Positions 50,874-64,000 of a stretch of DNA of 64,000 bases are shown piece after piece; within the stretch, counting starts at the first letter, position 1; every line of letters starts with the position of its first letter. The DNA is taken from contig NC_043008.1 in assembly GCF_006345805.1 (NCBI RefSeq), positions 73,718,001 to 73,782,000 of the forward strand, read 5' to 3'. The stretch comes from Octopus sinensis (lineage: Eukaryota). The notes under the pieces were generated by a model. It was not told the DNA's origin. It saw nothing but the letters and a program-made list of their open reading frames with translations, and did not search any database. Position numbers and translations under genes: made by a program.

Positions 50874-53810
50874 TATGTGGGAATATAAAGAGTGGAAGAG
50901 AAATGCCTTCGTTTCATATAGTTTAATATCTTTTTATAAATATATACATATTATATGGAGGTCGTGAAATCCAACCGGTTTTCGCTAACTAAACTGCTTT
51001 TCAAGGGACATTGTACACTAATCAGTTTTCATGACTGAAGGGTCTCGTCATTTTGGATGTTTGAAGAATAAGAAAAATGAGTCTAGAGAGTAAACCAAGA
51101 GAAGCAACAGGAAGCACGGGGGATAACTAGCTCCTTAGTATAATTTTTTAAAATGGTCAAATTTGTATATTGAGGTGTGGTCTATACTTTTGAATGAACA
51201 GTATTTCCTTGTTTAAACGTTCTTGTACTGAGATTGAATCTTTGCATTATTCATTTTTTAGCTAAAGGTTTAAAATTTGCACCCACTCCACGTAGACCCA
51301 ACGCCAATGCAATTAAAGATAATATTGTATAATTCTGTAGAAAACCTCGATTGACAGAAGCACTAACCAACTACAGCAACGATGATGAATCACTAGTGAG
51401 AAACAAAAGTAATTATCTACCACTCAAAGGAAGGAACATAACGCTAGACGACTTCTGCAACCGTATCCAGAACTTTCCTCACACTATCTATAAACCAAGT
51501 ATTGTACCTAATTTCAACAACATACAATGGAAGTACCTACTATAGCTAAAAAACGACAAAGACCTGACAATCAAAGAAGCAGAGTAATGATGGACACAGA
51601 ATACTATAAAGCCCTAGCATTGTCCATGCTAGAAAATGACTCCTTTTATGAAAAATTTGCAAATTATAGGCAGCAAAAACCTTTTTAAAATCTTGCAACT
51701 TTAATCCTCAAACATGGAAAAGGCCTGACAGAAAAAGGAAAAGACTACATCAGAAACTTCAAACCAAGCCTTTTCTATAGCCTCCTCAAAATCCACAAGA
51801 GTCAAATAATTACAAATGCCTGCAAGTCAAATCCAGGTCTGTGTTAATAAGTAACAATACTCTCAAGTAAGAACAGGTTGCTCTGTATACCTGCAATACA
51901 TCTATGAGCCATAGATGTATTGCCTAACCATATTTCTGGACATACTATTGAAACCTTTCCTCAAATACATTAAAAGTTTCATTAGAGACGATCTGGACAT
52001 GCATCTACCAAAAACCACCAACGAAGGAGCTCTATTAGTCTCCTTCGATGTCATTAACCTCTACACTAACATTCCACATGACTACGGAATAGAAGCAATA
52101 AAATTCTGGTTAGAAAAATACCCCGAAGTTCTACCCGGACCGCATATACCAGACTTTTGTCATTGAATCCCTGAAGTTAATCCTACAAAACACTTACTTC
52201 CTATTCGATACAAAATACTACCGCCAAAAATGCGGTATTGCGATAGGAACGAAAGCAGCACCTGTCCTTGCGAACCTAATAATTGGTTTCTTTGAATCTA
52301 CCCTATATGAACTTTCGCTCAAAAAGTTTGGAACCCCATTCAATCAGTATATAAAAGAGAAGTCGAAAAGGTACCTAGACGATCGTTTTATCATCTAGAG
52401 TGAAACCTATGATACACTCCTGGATTTCAAATCCACTCTGGACAATATAAACACCCAACATCCTATTTACTATAGAATATAGCAAGGAACAGCTCCCATT
52501 TCTGGACATTTTGACTTTTAAAAAGTCCAACAACGAAATTGCAAGCGACATGTACTACAAACCAACATTCTCAAAACAGTATCTCCTTTTCAGTTCATGC
52601 CATTCTAAACACACCAAATTAAATATCCCATTGATTCTAGCAAAAAGGATCTGCACAATTGTATCTGACACAGCCACTCGGGAACTTCGCCTACAAGAAC
52701 TCAAAATAGCACTCATTGAACAATACTACCCACCTACACTTATAGAACATGGAATTAAACATGCCAAGAAAGTGGACACAAACACACTGAAGAAACCTAA
52801 ACAAAACAAAACACCTCACCTTAAATCATTCCCACACATATCAACCCACAATCCCAGAAACAATGAAGCATACAACGCAATTATACAAAATCTCCCCCTG
52901 CTCACTCAAGACTCGAAAATGAATAGCATCCTAAATACACACAAACTACTAAAATACAAATGAGAAGACAAATCACTCAAAAGACTCCTAACAAATGCAA
53001 AACTATACTCAATACAAATGATACCAACAGTTAAAAATGCCGACGACCTAATTGTGGTACATGCTCGTACCTAACTGAAGACTCGGAATTCACATGACAG
53101 CAAGCAGACAGATTCTCAATTAAGACCAACTTCACATGTGCTTTCCAGAAACCTATCTCTGTCCTAACCTGCTCAGGTTGTGGTCACAATTATGTGGGCC
53201 AATCGAGCCTTCCTTTGAGACGCAGAGTCACGCTGCATAAAGAACAGATTCGTTTCCCTCAATACAGGCAGATGACACTGAACAGACATATCGACAGGTG
53301 CGCAAGTAATAAAACGCCGAATTTTCAAATCTTCCCATCATACCAATGCAAATATTCAATCTCAGTACAAGAATGCCTAAACAAGGAAAACCTGTTCATG
53401 CAAAAGTACAGACCGCACCTCAATATACAAATTTGACCATTTTAAAAATATATTCTAAGGAGCCAGTTGTCCCCCCTTGCCACCTGTTGCTTCCCTTGGT
53501 TTACTTTCTAGACTCATTTTTCTTATTCTTCAAACATCCAAAATGACGAGACCCTTCAGTCACGAGAACTGATTACTGTACAGTGTCCCTTGAAAAGCAT
53601 TTTAAATAGCGAAAACCGGTTGGATTTCACGACATTCATACAATATGTATATATTTATAAAAAGATATTAAACTATATGAAACGAAGGCATTTCTCTTCC
53701 ACTTTTTATATTTTTTTCCACATATTTTCAACTCACAATTTTGCCACGTGTTGTATACTGAATTTTCAGTATCTTTACACTTTGTATATTTTTATAATTC
53801 TAAATCTATA
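50874..53810 (+). mobile_element. Penelope-like retroelement (RT + GIY-YIG), decayed, with ~375-bp inverted terminal repeats
   Basis: KGLKFAPTP (~51264), SFDVINLYTNIP, GIAIGTKAAP, YLDD at 52372-52383, LPFLD, YYKPT, CRRPNCGTC, and LTCSGCGHNYVGQS...LH (GIY-YIG region). Segment 50874-51248 is the reverse complement of 53345-53724. Flanked by (TA)n and (TATC)n. Confidence 0.92.
53584..53630 (+). ncRNA. Variant hammerhead-like motif in the Penelope 3' terminus (second copy on the minus strand at ~50961-51007)
   Basis: CCC UUGAAAA GC-loop-GC GAAAA CCGG UU GG: U3/A8 replaces C3/G8, stem II has 2 bp, stem III is palindromic, there is one extra A, and stem I is weak. Conserved in both termini. Confidence 0.35.
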
Positions 53811-54014
<204 letters not shown>

Positions 54015-55444
54015 AATTTTAAAAGAGAGCTGCTATTAGTTTCATACCTTGCAAATATAATAGTCGAAGACACTTTTACAGGGTACCCTGTACTTCCAGG
54101 AAAACACATATACTTGTCCGGGCATTTCCCTTTCAAACACATCAAACTAATTGCTTTTTGCTCTTAAATATTTAAATCTCGTATATATTAAATGATGCTT
54201 ATTCCTCGGTGGATTGTTTACTATTCTGTTTTATTCTACAATACCGGAACAGTAAATTCTGTGTGTATGTGTATGTGTGTATTACTGACAGCACATACAC
54301 GGTATATGTGCTTTGTTTGTTCGCCTGTTCGCTGCCTCATAAAGCCAAGGGGACAACTCCCTCATTATGTTGGGTATTAAAATACCTGAGAGCTATAGCC
54401 AAGCGAGATATTCCAGAATGATGGATACTGACATTTCACCATTTTAGTGGATTATCAACTTTGCATACCTGAATCGAACCGCGGACCAATCGAATAGCTA
54501 GTCTATAACTATATATATAGATAGTGCAAAAATAATATATCTGAAGTTAGCTATTATCCCTTGATCCATTGGCATTAGCAAATAAGCTGTACTCGTGAGA
54601 ATACATTCCATCCTTACATTACAGGGTAATCTAAATTCACTGGGTTACTTAATGCCTTTTCTAAAAAGGACAAACCTTTGTTAGAAATATTATGCCTGGC
54701 CATTTCTTTTCAAGTTTTGGAAAGTCTTATAGTCGTCCAATCATTGGTATTTGAATATCAATACAGATTAAACTTAAACCTTCAAGTCCTTTAAGTTCGA
54801 GAATGGTGTGTAAATAAGGGTTCAAATTCTTTTCACCCCACCAACAGTATTAGAGGATTGGGCAGGATCTTTTTTTACAACTGAAAGACCTACCAAAAAA
54901 GCTCAGATATACCAACAGTGTACATATATTTTAGAATGTATAACTTTTTAGCAATGATTTTAGATCCTTAGGATAATTACCAGCAGCCTCAATGTCAACG
55001 ATAGTAATATCACTGGTCGTTTAAACGTGCAAGAGAAGGCGTCACTAAATCTGTTCAAACCAGTCTTTACTAGCAAGAAAAACAAGTTACATTAGTAGTT
55101 ACACCTTCCTCTGTATTAAAATTAACCAGTTTCTAGCTTTCATTTTTCATTTGTGCTTGAATGACTATTTCTGTTCATCAGTAAATAGTTTTATATCATA
55201 TATATATGATCGTAGATCGGTGATTCGATTCGGCCCTAGTTCAATTTATGTACGTTATTCAAAAGCCACAAAAATGTAGAAATATCAGTATCCATCACTC
55301 CTCAATTTCGCCAGAGGAGAGCTTGTTACCTGTCTATGACTTTCAGGTTTACCCATCGTAATGAGGAAGTTGTCCTCTAAGCACTATACAGCAGCAAACT
55401 AGCAAACAAACAATACTAGACCTGCTTTTTTAATTCGGTACTGA

Positions 55445-55445
<1 letters not shown>

Positions 55446-55500
<55 letters not shown>

Positions 55501-55528
55501 TGTGTGTGTGTGTGTGCGTGCGTGTGCT
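55446..55528. repeat. (TG)n microsatellite
   Basis: Directly visible. Confidence 0.97.
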
Positions 55529-55864
55529 TAGATCAAGACTTCTGCAGAATATAGAACATTGATATAAAACAGAGATAAAGGTGTACATGGTAATAGCCTT
55601 TCACATTATATTGGGCACATATGTAATCGACCAATGTCTATACTGAATTAAAGAGAAATCTGCAGACACTACAACAGGACTATAGATTTATATAATTTAT
55701 AACTGTAATTATAGATTATATAATTATAAATACTGGTCATTGTTCATGTAGCTAACTGCCTGAAGGTGAGCTTCTCAAACTAGAAAGAATCATTAATAAC
55801 TTGGAAATTAGAATTTGAAGTAATTTTACGACTGGTAAAGTATGTATATTTCAGGTTTATACAA

Positions 55865-56262
55865 TAGGCGTAGGAGTGGCTGTGTGATAAGTAGCTTGCT
55901 TACCAACCACATGGTTCCGGCTTCAGTCCCTCTACGTGGCCCTTGGGCAAGTGTCTTCTACTATAGCCTCGCACCGACCAAAGCTTTGTGAGTGGATTTG
56001 GTAGACGGAAACTGAAAGAAGCCCGTCGTATATATATATGTATGTGTGTGTGTATGTTTGTGTGTGTGTGTCCCCAACATCGCTTGACAACGGATGCTGG
56101 TGCGTTTACGTCCCCGTAACTTAGTGGTTCGGCAAAAGAGACTGATAGAATAAGTACTAGGCTTACAAAGAATAAGTCCGAGATAGATTTGCTCGACTAA
56201 AGGCGGTGCTCCAGCATGGCTACAGTCAAATGACTGAAACAAGTAAAAGAGTAAAATAGTAA
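55865..56262 (+). mobile_element. SINE family B (tRNA-derived), complete, with internal (TA/TG)n
   Basis: taggagtggctgtgtgataagtagc (A box) and ccggcttcagtccc (B-box-like), followed by gggcaagtgtcttctactatagcc...gtgagtggatttggtagacggaaactgaaagaagcccgtcg. I recall this as an abundant Octopus SINE. It ends in aagagtaaaatagtaa. Confidence 0.88.
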
Positions 56263-56759
56263 TAAAGAAGCCTATAGGATCGAATGGATGGAACACCCTC
56301 TCAGATTTAAGTACTTGGTTGGGATGCCACTGAACCAATTGTCCGAGGATAATATGCAAAATTGCTAAAGTGTAACTTCAGATTGAACAGCAGCTAATCT
56401 ACATAATAGCGAGCTCACGAATGTTCCCTGTCCAATATATATGGTATCTCTACAATATTTAGGATATCCCATGTTGCATTGTTCTATCATGTTGCTCACT
56501 GGGTATAAAGAGAATTCTTTAAAACTGGTTAGGAATCCGACATCTGAAATTGGAATATAATTTTTGAGGAATCCTGTGATTCTATATGAAACAAGAACCT
56601 TTTGTTTTTCGTGCATGTACACAGAACTATATCAATACACAGAAACTTTTCAATGCACGGAAACGAATCAATACAGAGAAACTTATCAATATTTACACGT
56701 GTTCAAGCATAGCGATTAGATATGCGTGTAAGCTTGCCATATATACACATGCATACTCT

Positions 56760-56760
56760 G

Positions 56761-56844
<84 letters not shown>

Positions 56845-56845
56845 C
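56760..56845. repeat. (TA)n microsatellite
   Basis: Directly visible. Confidence 0.97.
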
Positions 56846-59534
56846 TGATATGTGTACGTTGCCCACTTGCAAGAAATATCGACCACATATGACTGATAAG
56901 TCGTTCGTGAAAGTTGTGATAACGGGAATGAAAACAGAATTTCAAATATTTCTTTAGCAGTCAGCTGTTCTCCACCACTCCTGAACACTTCTGTTATGAT
57001 ATCTTCCCTTGGAGTTGTATGTCACTTCATCAGATTTAAATCATTCTCTATTTCACAGACCAGAAGAAGAACCTGTCCTTCCATGATTGTGATGGCAGAG
57101 GGCTGAATACCGTTCCTTAATGTGAAACTTCCAGAGACCTCATCTACTTCATTTTTTTGTCCCCTACTATGTGACCGTTTATATACATGTGAGTCCTCAT
57201 GTCCAGTTTATTTAGTGCCATATCTGTCACATGTCACTTTCGATATTTCCTCACATTTTCAACCGCATAAGCTTCTTCAGTCTATAATTTCTAGATGTCT
57301 TTCTTTCTTGCTGAGAACGTAATACTGAAGTTGATCTTCCCGCCTCTTCGCATTGCGATTTTCTGTTCTTCTGATATCCTTCCGTTCGTTCACACACATT
57401 TACTGTTGTTGAATTACACACCAGGCTTTCATTTTCTGGACCAATGAATCATTATCATCATTAATTTCTTGAAGATGCCTTCGGACTTCATTTCTAATAG
57501 CATCCTGCAACTGCTTTATATGGAATTTGTATGTTAGATCTTCATCGAGATGTGTATAACTTTTTCTGTCTTATCACAACGATGACGAGCTTGTCTGCAG
57601 AAAGCGATGTGCTGAATGATGCTTTATTATGCATCGTTTGTCAATCATAGTGTAATTAATTTAATTACTGTGCTGAGCTTTTGGTGTTACTCGGGCCGAA
57701 CTTTTTCCAAATATTTTCCAAACAGTCTTTTGTCGGTGTAAATTTCTTTTATATTTACCATGCTAATTAAAATTTCTCCACTTTTATTTATCTTTGCAAA
57801 TCCGAAATTTCCGACATGTTTCTCCACTTTATATTGCATTCTCTCATCATGACAGTGTATGTGAATTTATGAGCTAGCACTTCATCCAGGTCCTAATTAA
57901 TTCATCCACCTTATTATCCACCTTTACATGTGGGCTCATATAGCTAGATGATCTAGAACGTGAAATTTCCCGAAAACCTTAAGTTTGGCAGCCTATGACT
58001 GATAAAGATAGAATGATGATGCAATTTGCGACTCCCGTTTTTACTTACGATGCAACCTATGGTATTTTGCATTCGCTCCTAGTGCCTCTGCCAGTTTCAT
58101 GGCGCTCCCCTCAACCCTTGTCAAATTTGATTTTTCCCTTCAATGTGTTTAGGATATAATATTTCATCGTAAATTTCTGATACCAATTTATTTTGTCAAT
58201 CGGTCGCCTATGTAAGCTCACCTGACAAAGCTTTTTAACCCGACTCTCTAGTGACATATAACTACATGAGATTGTTAATAGGCTCTGACGAGACGAATCT
58301 AATAATAATAATAAAAAATGAAACTTATTCATGAGAAATGCCTACACTAACTACAAATTATACTCGAAGAGGCATAGGTTTCCTTCGTACGACGACCTCT
58401 TCATACCAACAGTTTCAACGAAAAAGGTTTTGTGGTACAGATATAACAGCGCTTCTTTTAGAAAATGACTCACTGAAAAAGGCTATGGAACATTAGCATA
58501 TAAATAAACAGCTATTCCAAAGGAAAATTCTGATATAATTTTCTATGATAGTAGCTTACTGATTTTCGACACTGCAAATGACAATACTGTTGTTGGATGA
58601 ATAACGAAAGATTGACAACGTTTTTTTTTCATTTCGAATCAAAACATTTCGTCGAAGCTTATACTTGTGACTGGAGCAACTAGAATGAAGCAGAGTAACT
58701 TCTGTGGACAAAGCGACAGGCTATTTATTCCAGAAAACAACCATTCTTGGATATGTAAGTATTTCAGTTCATTCACATGACAGTTTTTGTCCTGGGTATT
58801 ATTTATCGATGTTGATCATAGGTATAAAAAATTTCCACAAAATATTGCTATTTATAATTTTCGAAACAAAGATCAATTATTTTTGAAATAATGATTAATA
58901 AAGTAATGATAGAAATAACATAGTTAACAAAGAATTGATAAAAGAACTTTACTGGAAGATTTCGATTTTAATGAAATATAGAATAAAGATGATTGAAGCA
59001 GCTGATACGAGGAACAACTAATGAGATTAACAGAAGACAAACTAAAAAAAAAAAAATTCGGAAGGATTGTGAAAAAAAGGTGAATAAATAAAAGAATTGT
59101 GAATAGCAATAATTTCCTAATCCACGGGATTAAAGAAATATCTGGAAAGGAGAGGGAAATAAATGTTTAGAAGAAAAGATATTTTTAACACAAACTTTTA
59201 GGAATCGGTAAACAGATTATGATATCGATATGTGAGCGAGGACAATTACCAGAGTAATTTGATACAATAGCTTTGATGAGGGAAACAAATAAACGCTTTT
59301 GCAAATACTTAATGATTTACAAGAAGTTTAGGTAAAGAAAGAGTACAAGAAAAGTGTATGACGAAGAGTACAATATGTAGTTCGTTGAAAAAGCATTGGC
59401 AGAACTATATCAATGAATCAATAGTCAACAACGATGTGTGTACACACCTACGGCGACGGGAAGTGAATATAGAGGCGAATATATTCTTCATATATTAATG
59501 AACATAATTGTTAAGTTCATCACAACAATGGTCG

Positions 59535-59632
59535 ACGTGTGTGTGTGTGTATATGCGTGTGTCTCTGCATATGCATGTGTGGGGGGTACATGTGTGTATG
59601 TGTGTATTTGCGTCCATATATATATGTATATG

Positions 59633-59678
<46 letters not shown>

Positions 59679-59867
59679 CACACACGTATATATATATACA
59701 TATACATATGCATATATAAATACCTATATATATATGTATATATATATAAATATATACATACATGCATATATACATATATACGCACATATATGTGTGTATG
59801 TATTTATATGCATATATATGTATGCGTGTATAATTATATATATATATATATATATATATCTGTATAC

Positions 59868-59914
<47 letters not shown>

Positions 59915-59915
59915 C
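59535..59915. repeat. (TG)n-(TA)n-(CA)n compound microsatellite
   Basis: Directly visible. Confidence 0.95.
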
Positions 59916-60379
59916 ACGCACACACAATCAATGAGAAAAATCTCCTCATATTGAAAGCAACAACAGTTCTAATAAACAATACCAATCACAACAATATAGG
60001 CAACAACAGTAACAACAATAGTGTTGCCAACAGCACAAAACCAACAACAATATGAAGAGCAAGATGACTAATAGGAAGAAATCATTTATTTGATTGAAGA
60101 GAGATTTGGGGCAAAGAAAGTTAAGTTTCTTGCTTAAGGACACATCAAGGTGTGCGCGCGCACTCACATTGGAACAATAATATTGTTGGGAATAAAAATA
60201 ATAATGTTAATGATGACACCACTACTATTATTAAGAAAAAGAAAGAAAAAGAAGAAGAATGAGGGTAATGACTATGTTAGTCTTGAAAATAATACGTTTA
60301 ATTGCCTCTATATTTCCAATAAGTAACATTAATTTGCCATGAAATATGATACAATAAAAGGATATAAGCACAAACAGAA

Positions 60380-60387
60380 ACACACAT

Positions 60388-60425
<38 letters not shown>

Positions 60426-60501
60426 ACACACACACACACAAACGCGCGCATCAGATTCAATCACACGTGGTGTCATGCACACGCACGCTTGTGTGTGGTG
60501 T

Positions 60502-60555
<54 letters not shown>
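60380..60555. repeat. (CA)n...(TG)n inverted microsatellite pair
   Basis: Directly visible; ~50-bp spacer. Confidence 0.95.
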
Positions 60556-60558
<3 letters not shown>

Positions 60559-61298
60559 ATAATTATAGTTTCCATCACTCAGAATATGAATGCTTAAATT
60601 ATGTTTATGTGGGAATAATTAGTGTTGGTCCGAAGAAATATTTTCATTAAAAACCTATAGCCTACCATTTGAGCACGTGCTTAGCAACAACACAATTGTA
60701 GTTTCTGTTTTCATAAGGAGCTTCATTGATATCAGATTATTGGAGTCACGAATTCCGTGCTTTATGTTTAGATGTATTATGAGGATTGTGTTGAAGTAAA
60801 GCCTCTCACAATAATTCTATCCTATAAACCATAGCGTATGTACTAATAGATACTATGTTAGGAAAAGATGTCTAGTTTTTCACGAAAGAAGTAGCTTGTT
60901 TAAAATCAGAAAGGGAAAGAAAGACACTGATAGGTCACATGATTGCAACTGTGAGATTTATATTTTAATTAATATTTTCTTTTGTTATTCTCTAACAATA
61001 TCAAGTCATCCCTTGTGTTTCATAGTTTATACTTTTCAAAGATATCCACTTATATGGACATCAGTGTCTGTTTGAAGAAGTATCATTGTAGATAATGATA
61101 TATTACTCTATGCAGCTAAGAAACAGCAGAGAACGTGTTTACAAATGTTTAAAATGTTTATACTATTGTTTGCATGCTTCTTGTCATAGTAACTACATTG
61201 TGATAAATATCAATACCGCCGTTATTCTTAGATGTCTAGTAACAGAACCATTTTCCATAATTATTTATGAATGCCTAGTCAATTGCCTGTATGTATAA

Positions 61299-63940
61299 CT
61301 AGATGACGTACCCGGTAATTCCCGGAAAAGCGAGGCTTATCCCTTGGTTCCGTTCTCATAACTGTTTAGCTAATCCAATAACAACAATACTAAGTATGTA
61401 GTCCGTAAAACGATTTTTGTGCATTTACAGAGAATACTGAACTGTCTTACACAGGATCTTGTTTTTAGGAATTGCCAATAAGTTATGAATGCCCAAATTG
61501 TGAAGTCAGTTATGTAATAACATGAAATTAGTTACCCGATAGTAAGAATTCAAATAAAGTAGCCCTGAAAAGGGCTTTAATGCGTTCCCAGAGTATATAG
61601 AACGCAAGAGGAAATACCAATTAGGTGTGTATACTAAAACCGTGAAGCATGTTACGTAATAACAGAATAATCAGATATGAGTTAATAAACATTCAAAGTA
61701 AATAAATCTGAAAAGGGCTTTTGTACGTTCCCAGAGAATATTACCCTCAGGGGCACTAGATTTACAATGAATGTAAAAAACAGACTGACATTTAGTTTTA
61801 CAGTAGACATACAAATAAATCTCTATATAGATTTAAAAAATAAAATAACATGTGAGATTATCAATACATTTAAAACAATTACAAATATAACATTTAAAAA
61901 GTAAATACCTGATGTTTTGGTGAATCTTAAAAAATTTGCAGAGCTTCTTGATAAGCAACATTTTTGTTCTTTCCTTGTGGGGCGTAAATAAGCTAATCAT
62001 TAGGATTACCGACTCTTGAGCATCCCACATAAAGTTGGCTATGAGAGAAAACTGGTTCCGCAAGTTTCAGACATATCACGCTCAAGGACTGTCCCTGGAC
62101 CTTGTTAATACTCATTGCAAACATAAGTTTCAATGGGAATATTAAGCGATTGTACTGGAAAGGTATATCCAAGAGAGTAAGTGGAATTCTAGGAATGAAT
62201 AGAGGCTCATCTCTTGCTTTACCAGTCAAAATCCTTGTTCCAAAACTGTTGGCACCATCTTCTTTATTATAAACCCCGTACCATTGCAAAGCTTTGGTGG
62301 ATCGAGGTTTCAAAGCAGCATAACTGGTGCCCCAACCTTGAGGTGCATGTTGTGAGATGGGAAGCCAGGTGGTGTTTGACTATTAAAGAATTCAGCTGGA
62401 TAATTCACAGCTTCATCGATGTTGAGTACAGAGTCAATGGAATTGTTGATGTGACGCTCACCTGGCGACTGTTCCAGAAGTTTAAATTTCAAATCATCAA
62501 CTTCCACATTTTGGGGGCTAAAATGACACGGGTTTTCAGCCAGTTGTGGTATGTAAACTGGTTCCTCGGGTTAGGAAACACCTTTCTTTAAATGAGATAC
62601 CATATGTCCAAAAGCTTACCCGGCCATATTTCTCTCCAACAGAAATGCCATTACCGACGTCCAACTGTTGCTTTGAAAATGTTCTGTCGGTATCATCACC
62701 ACTGTGCTGTACTCTCATGTTGGTCGTGGGCGTTAGCTTATACACACTGCTCCTTAGGTAGGACAACATTATGCTGGCATTTACTTCATCAGCTCATGTC
62801 CCCTTTGGAATCACTGGAACTCATGCAAGCAGAACTGTGGCAACTCTCATGAGCCTGATGTTGTGACTGATTTTGTAGTTTGTCTTCTCTTTCTTAGACA
62901 TGTCCAAAGAGAGTTTGAGACAGGAATGAGCTGTGCGACCACAACTTAATAATACAGTTGCAAACACCCAGTTGGTCCTCCATCAGTTTGTATTCTTTAT
63001 CAGCTATCTACGCCATCATTTCCTCTATGTCATAGCTGATTTCTCGCAGGTACTGCGAAATTGTTTGCTGCCTGCTCCGGTTAAGGCAGATCAAATATGG
63101 AATTGCCTTTACCTCCCATATCGGGTGTCCAAGTCAAGTAATACCTCATTGTAAATGGCGTTATTAAACGTGGGAATTTCCGCTGAGGTTTGCCTTTGAA
63201 TCTTTCCTAGATGTCCTTTGCCATGCTGGTTTTGTGGATCGGCCAAAGCTTGTAAGGTTCACACAAGCCACATATTATCAACATGATAGAAAATAGCTAG
63301 CGTAGTTGACTTAGTGCTGTGCTGACTACTTCCCCCTCCACTGTCTGGTCCCAGTGAGCATCCTCGTCCTCCAGTAGTCCATGTTTGGCGCAGGCTTCTC
63401 TATAGATCGTGCAGACTTCCCATTGTGTCTTCGAAAGTCGGTGAATGATGTAGGACCTCTACATTGTGGAACAGTAGATGCAGAAAAAAGCACTCCTGCT
63501 GATTAGGGTGCACAGTGTACACCCGCCCGATGGCCCCACTTCTAAATACAGTATCTTCTTCCCATCCCTCAGTGCGTGTTCCTTTCTTGTGTCTGTTCCA
63601 TCTTTTGTGCGCTCGGGTATAGTACACGGGAACCTCAACATACAACAGTGTTCGGGCAAACAGATCACATTGGAATAATTTGAAGAAAGCTGTCAAAGTG
63701 GTTTCTCATGGATTCAGAACTACGTTTCGAGCAGTGTCGTCTGTGAAATATACACGCTGGGCATTTTCAAGATGTACAGATAGAATTTAAGAAGCTGTTC
63801 CTACATTTAAACAGGTCGTGACCTTTGTGTTGACAGTGCATTTGTCTAAAATCAGAACTGTTCTTCCTGCAGCTCTTGTCAATTGGCTGAAGTGACATGA
63901 AAGACATCGTCATTCATGGTATATTCGTGGTATACATGGT
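61299..63940 (-). mobile_element. Helitron (Rep/PIF1 helicase) relic with an intact 3' end and internal deletions
   Basis: VHLENAQRVYF, TLTAFF...FARTLLYVEVP...GRVYTVHP..QECFFL, LLSCGRTAHS, TNMRV, YPAEFFNS..PPGFPSH.MHLKVGAPVMLL, and FAMSINKVQGQSL...PVFSHSQLYVGCSRV. The 3' CCGG hairpin (61312-61325) lies ~9 nt from the terminal CTAG (61299-61302), which is followed by T. The 5' limit is uncertain. Confidence 0.92.
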
Positions 63941-64000
63941 ATATTCGCGAATAAGTCATTAACCGAAATAAGTGGGTCTATTGCTTAGGAAAATACTATT

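Noticed and set aside
54465-54505. ggttcgattc T-loop-like sequence on the minus strand
   Set aside because: No acceptor stem or D arm, so at best a SINE or tRNA fragment. The SINE heads elsewhere are also not true tRNAs.
55160-55195. Minus-strand CTGATGA-ACA-GAAA-TAG-TC
   Set aside because: Core letters match but neither stem I nor stem II can pair; consistent with chance.
57040-57120. Acceptor followed by DCDGRGLNTVP (LRR N-cap-like)
   Set aside because: A stop follows immediately and there is no donor site.
58285-58300. CTGACGA-GAC-GAAT
   Set aside because: Lacks the GAAA box and helices.

Overview
AT-rich, microsatellite-dense eukaryotic DNA. It is most likely coleoid cephalopod (Octopus-like); this is judged from recalled SINE sequences and repeat style, not a database search. 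I find no intact protein-coding gene, tRNA, rRNA or CRISPR array, so the window looks intergenic or intronic. Nearly all of the ORF track is microsatellite read-through or decayed transposon ORFs. Recognisable elements are an RTE LINE, three mariners, a Tc1, a mariner-type MITE, four R4/Dong-type RLE LINE relics associated with (TAA)n tracts, a Penelope-like element with ~375-bp inverted termini, a Helitron and about ten copies of two tRNA-type SINE families. The most notable structure is at 24.5-29.8 kb: a train of short non-coding units separated by (TA)n/(CA)n tracts. One unit carries a near-canonical type I hammerhead ribozyme (27342-27412, minus strand). Another is a 250-bp foldback with a decayed hammerhead at its apex. 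With the Penelope copy at 51-54 kb, which has a variant hammerhead-like motif in both termini, this suggests a microsatellite-associated Penelope/retrozyme-like system. The Penelope RT also contains a 78-bp insertion copied from its own flank, ending in a snap-back hairpin.
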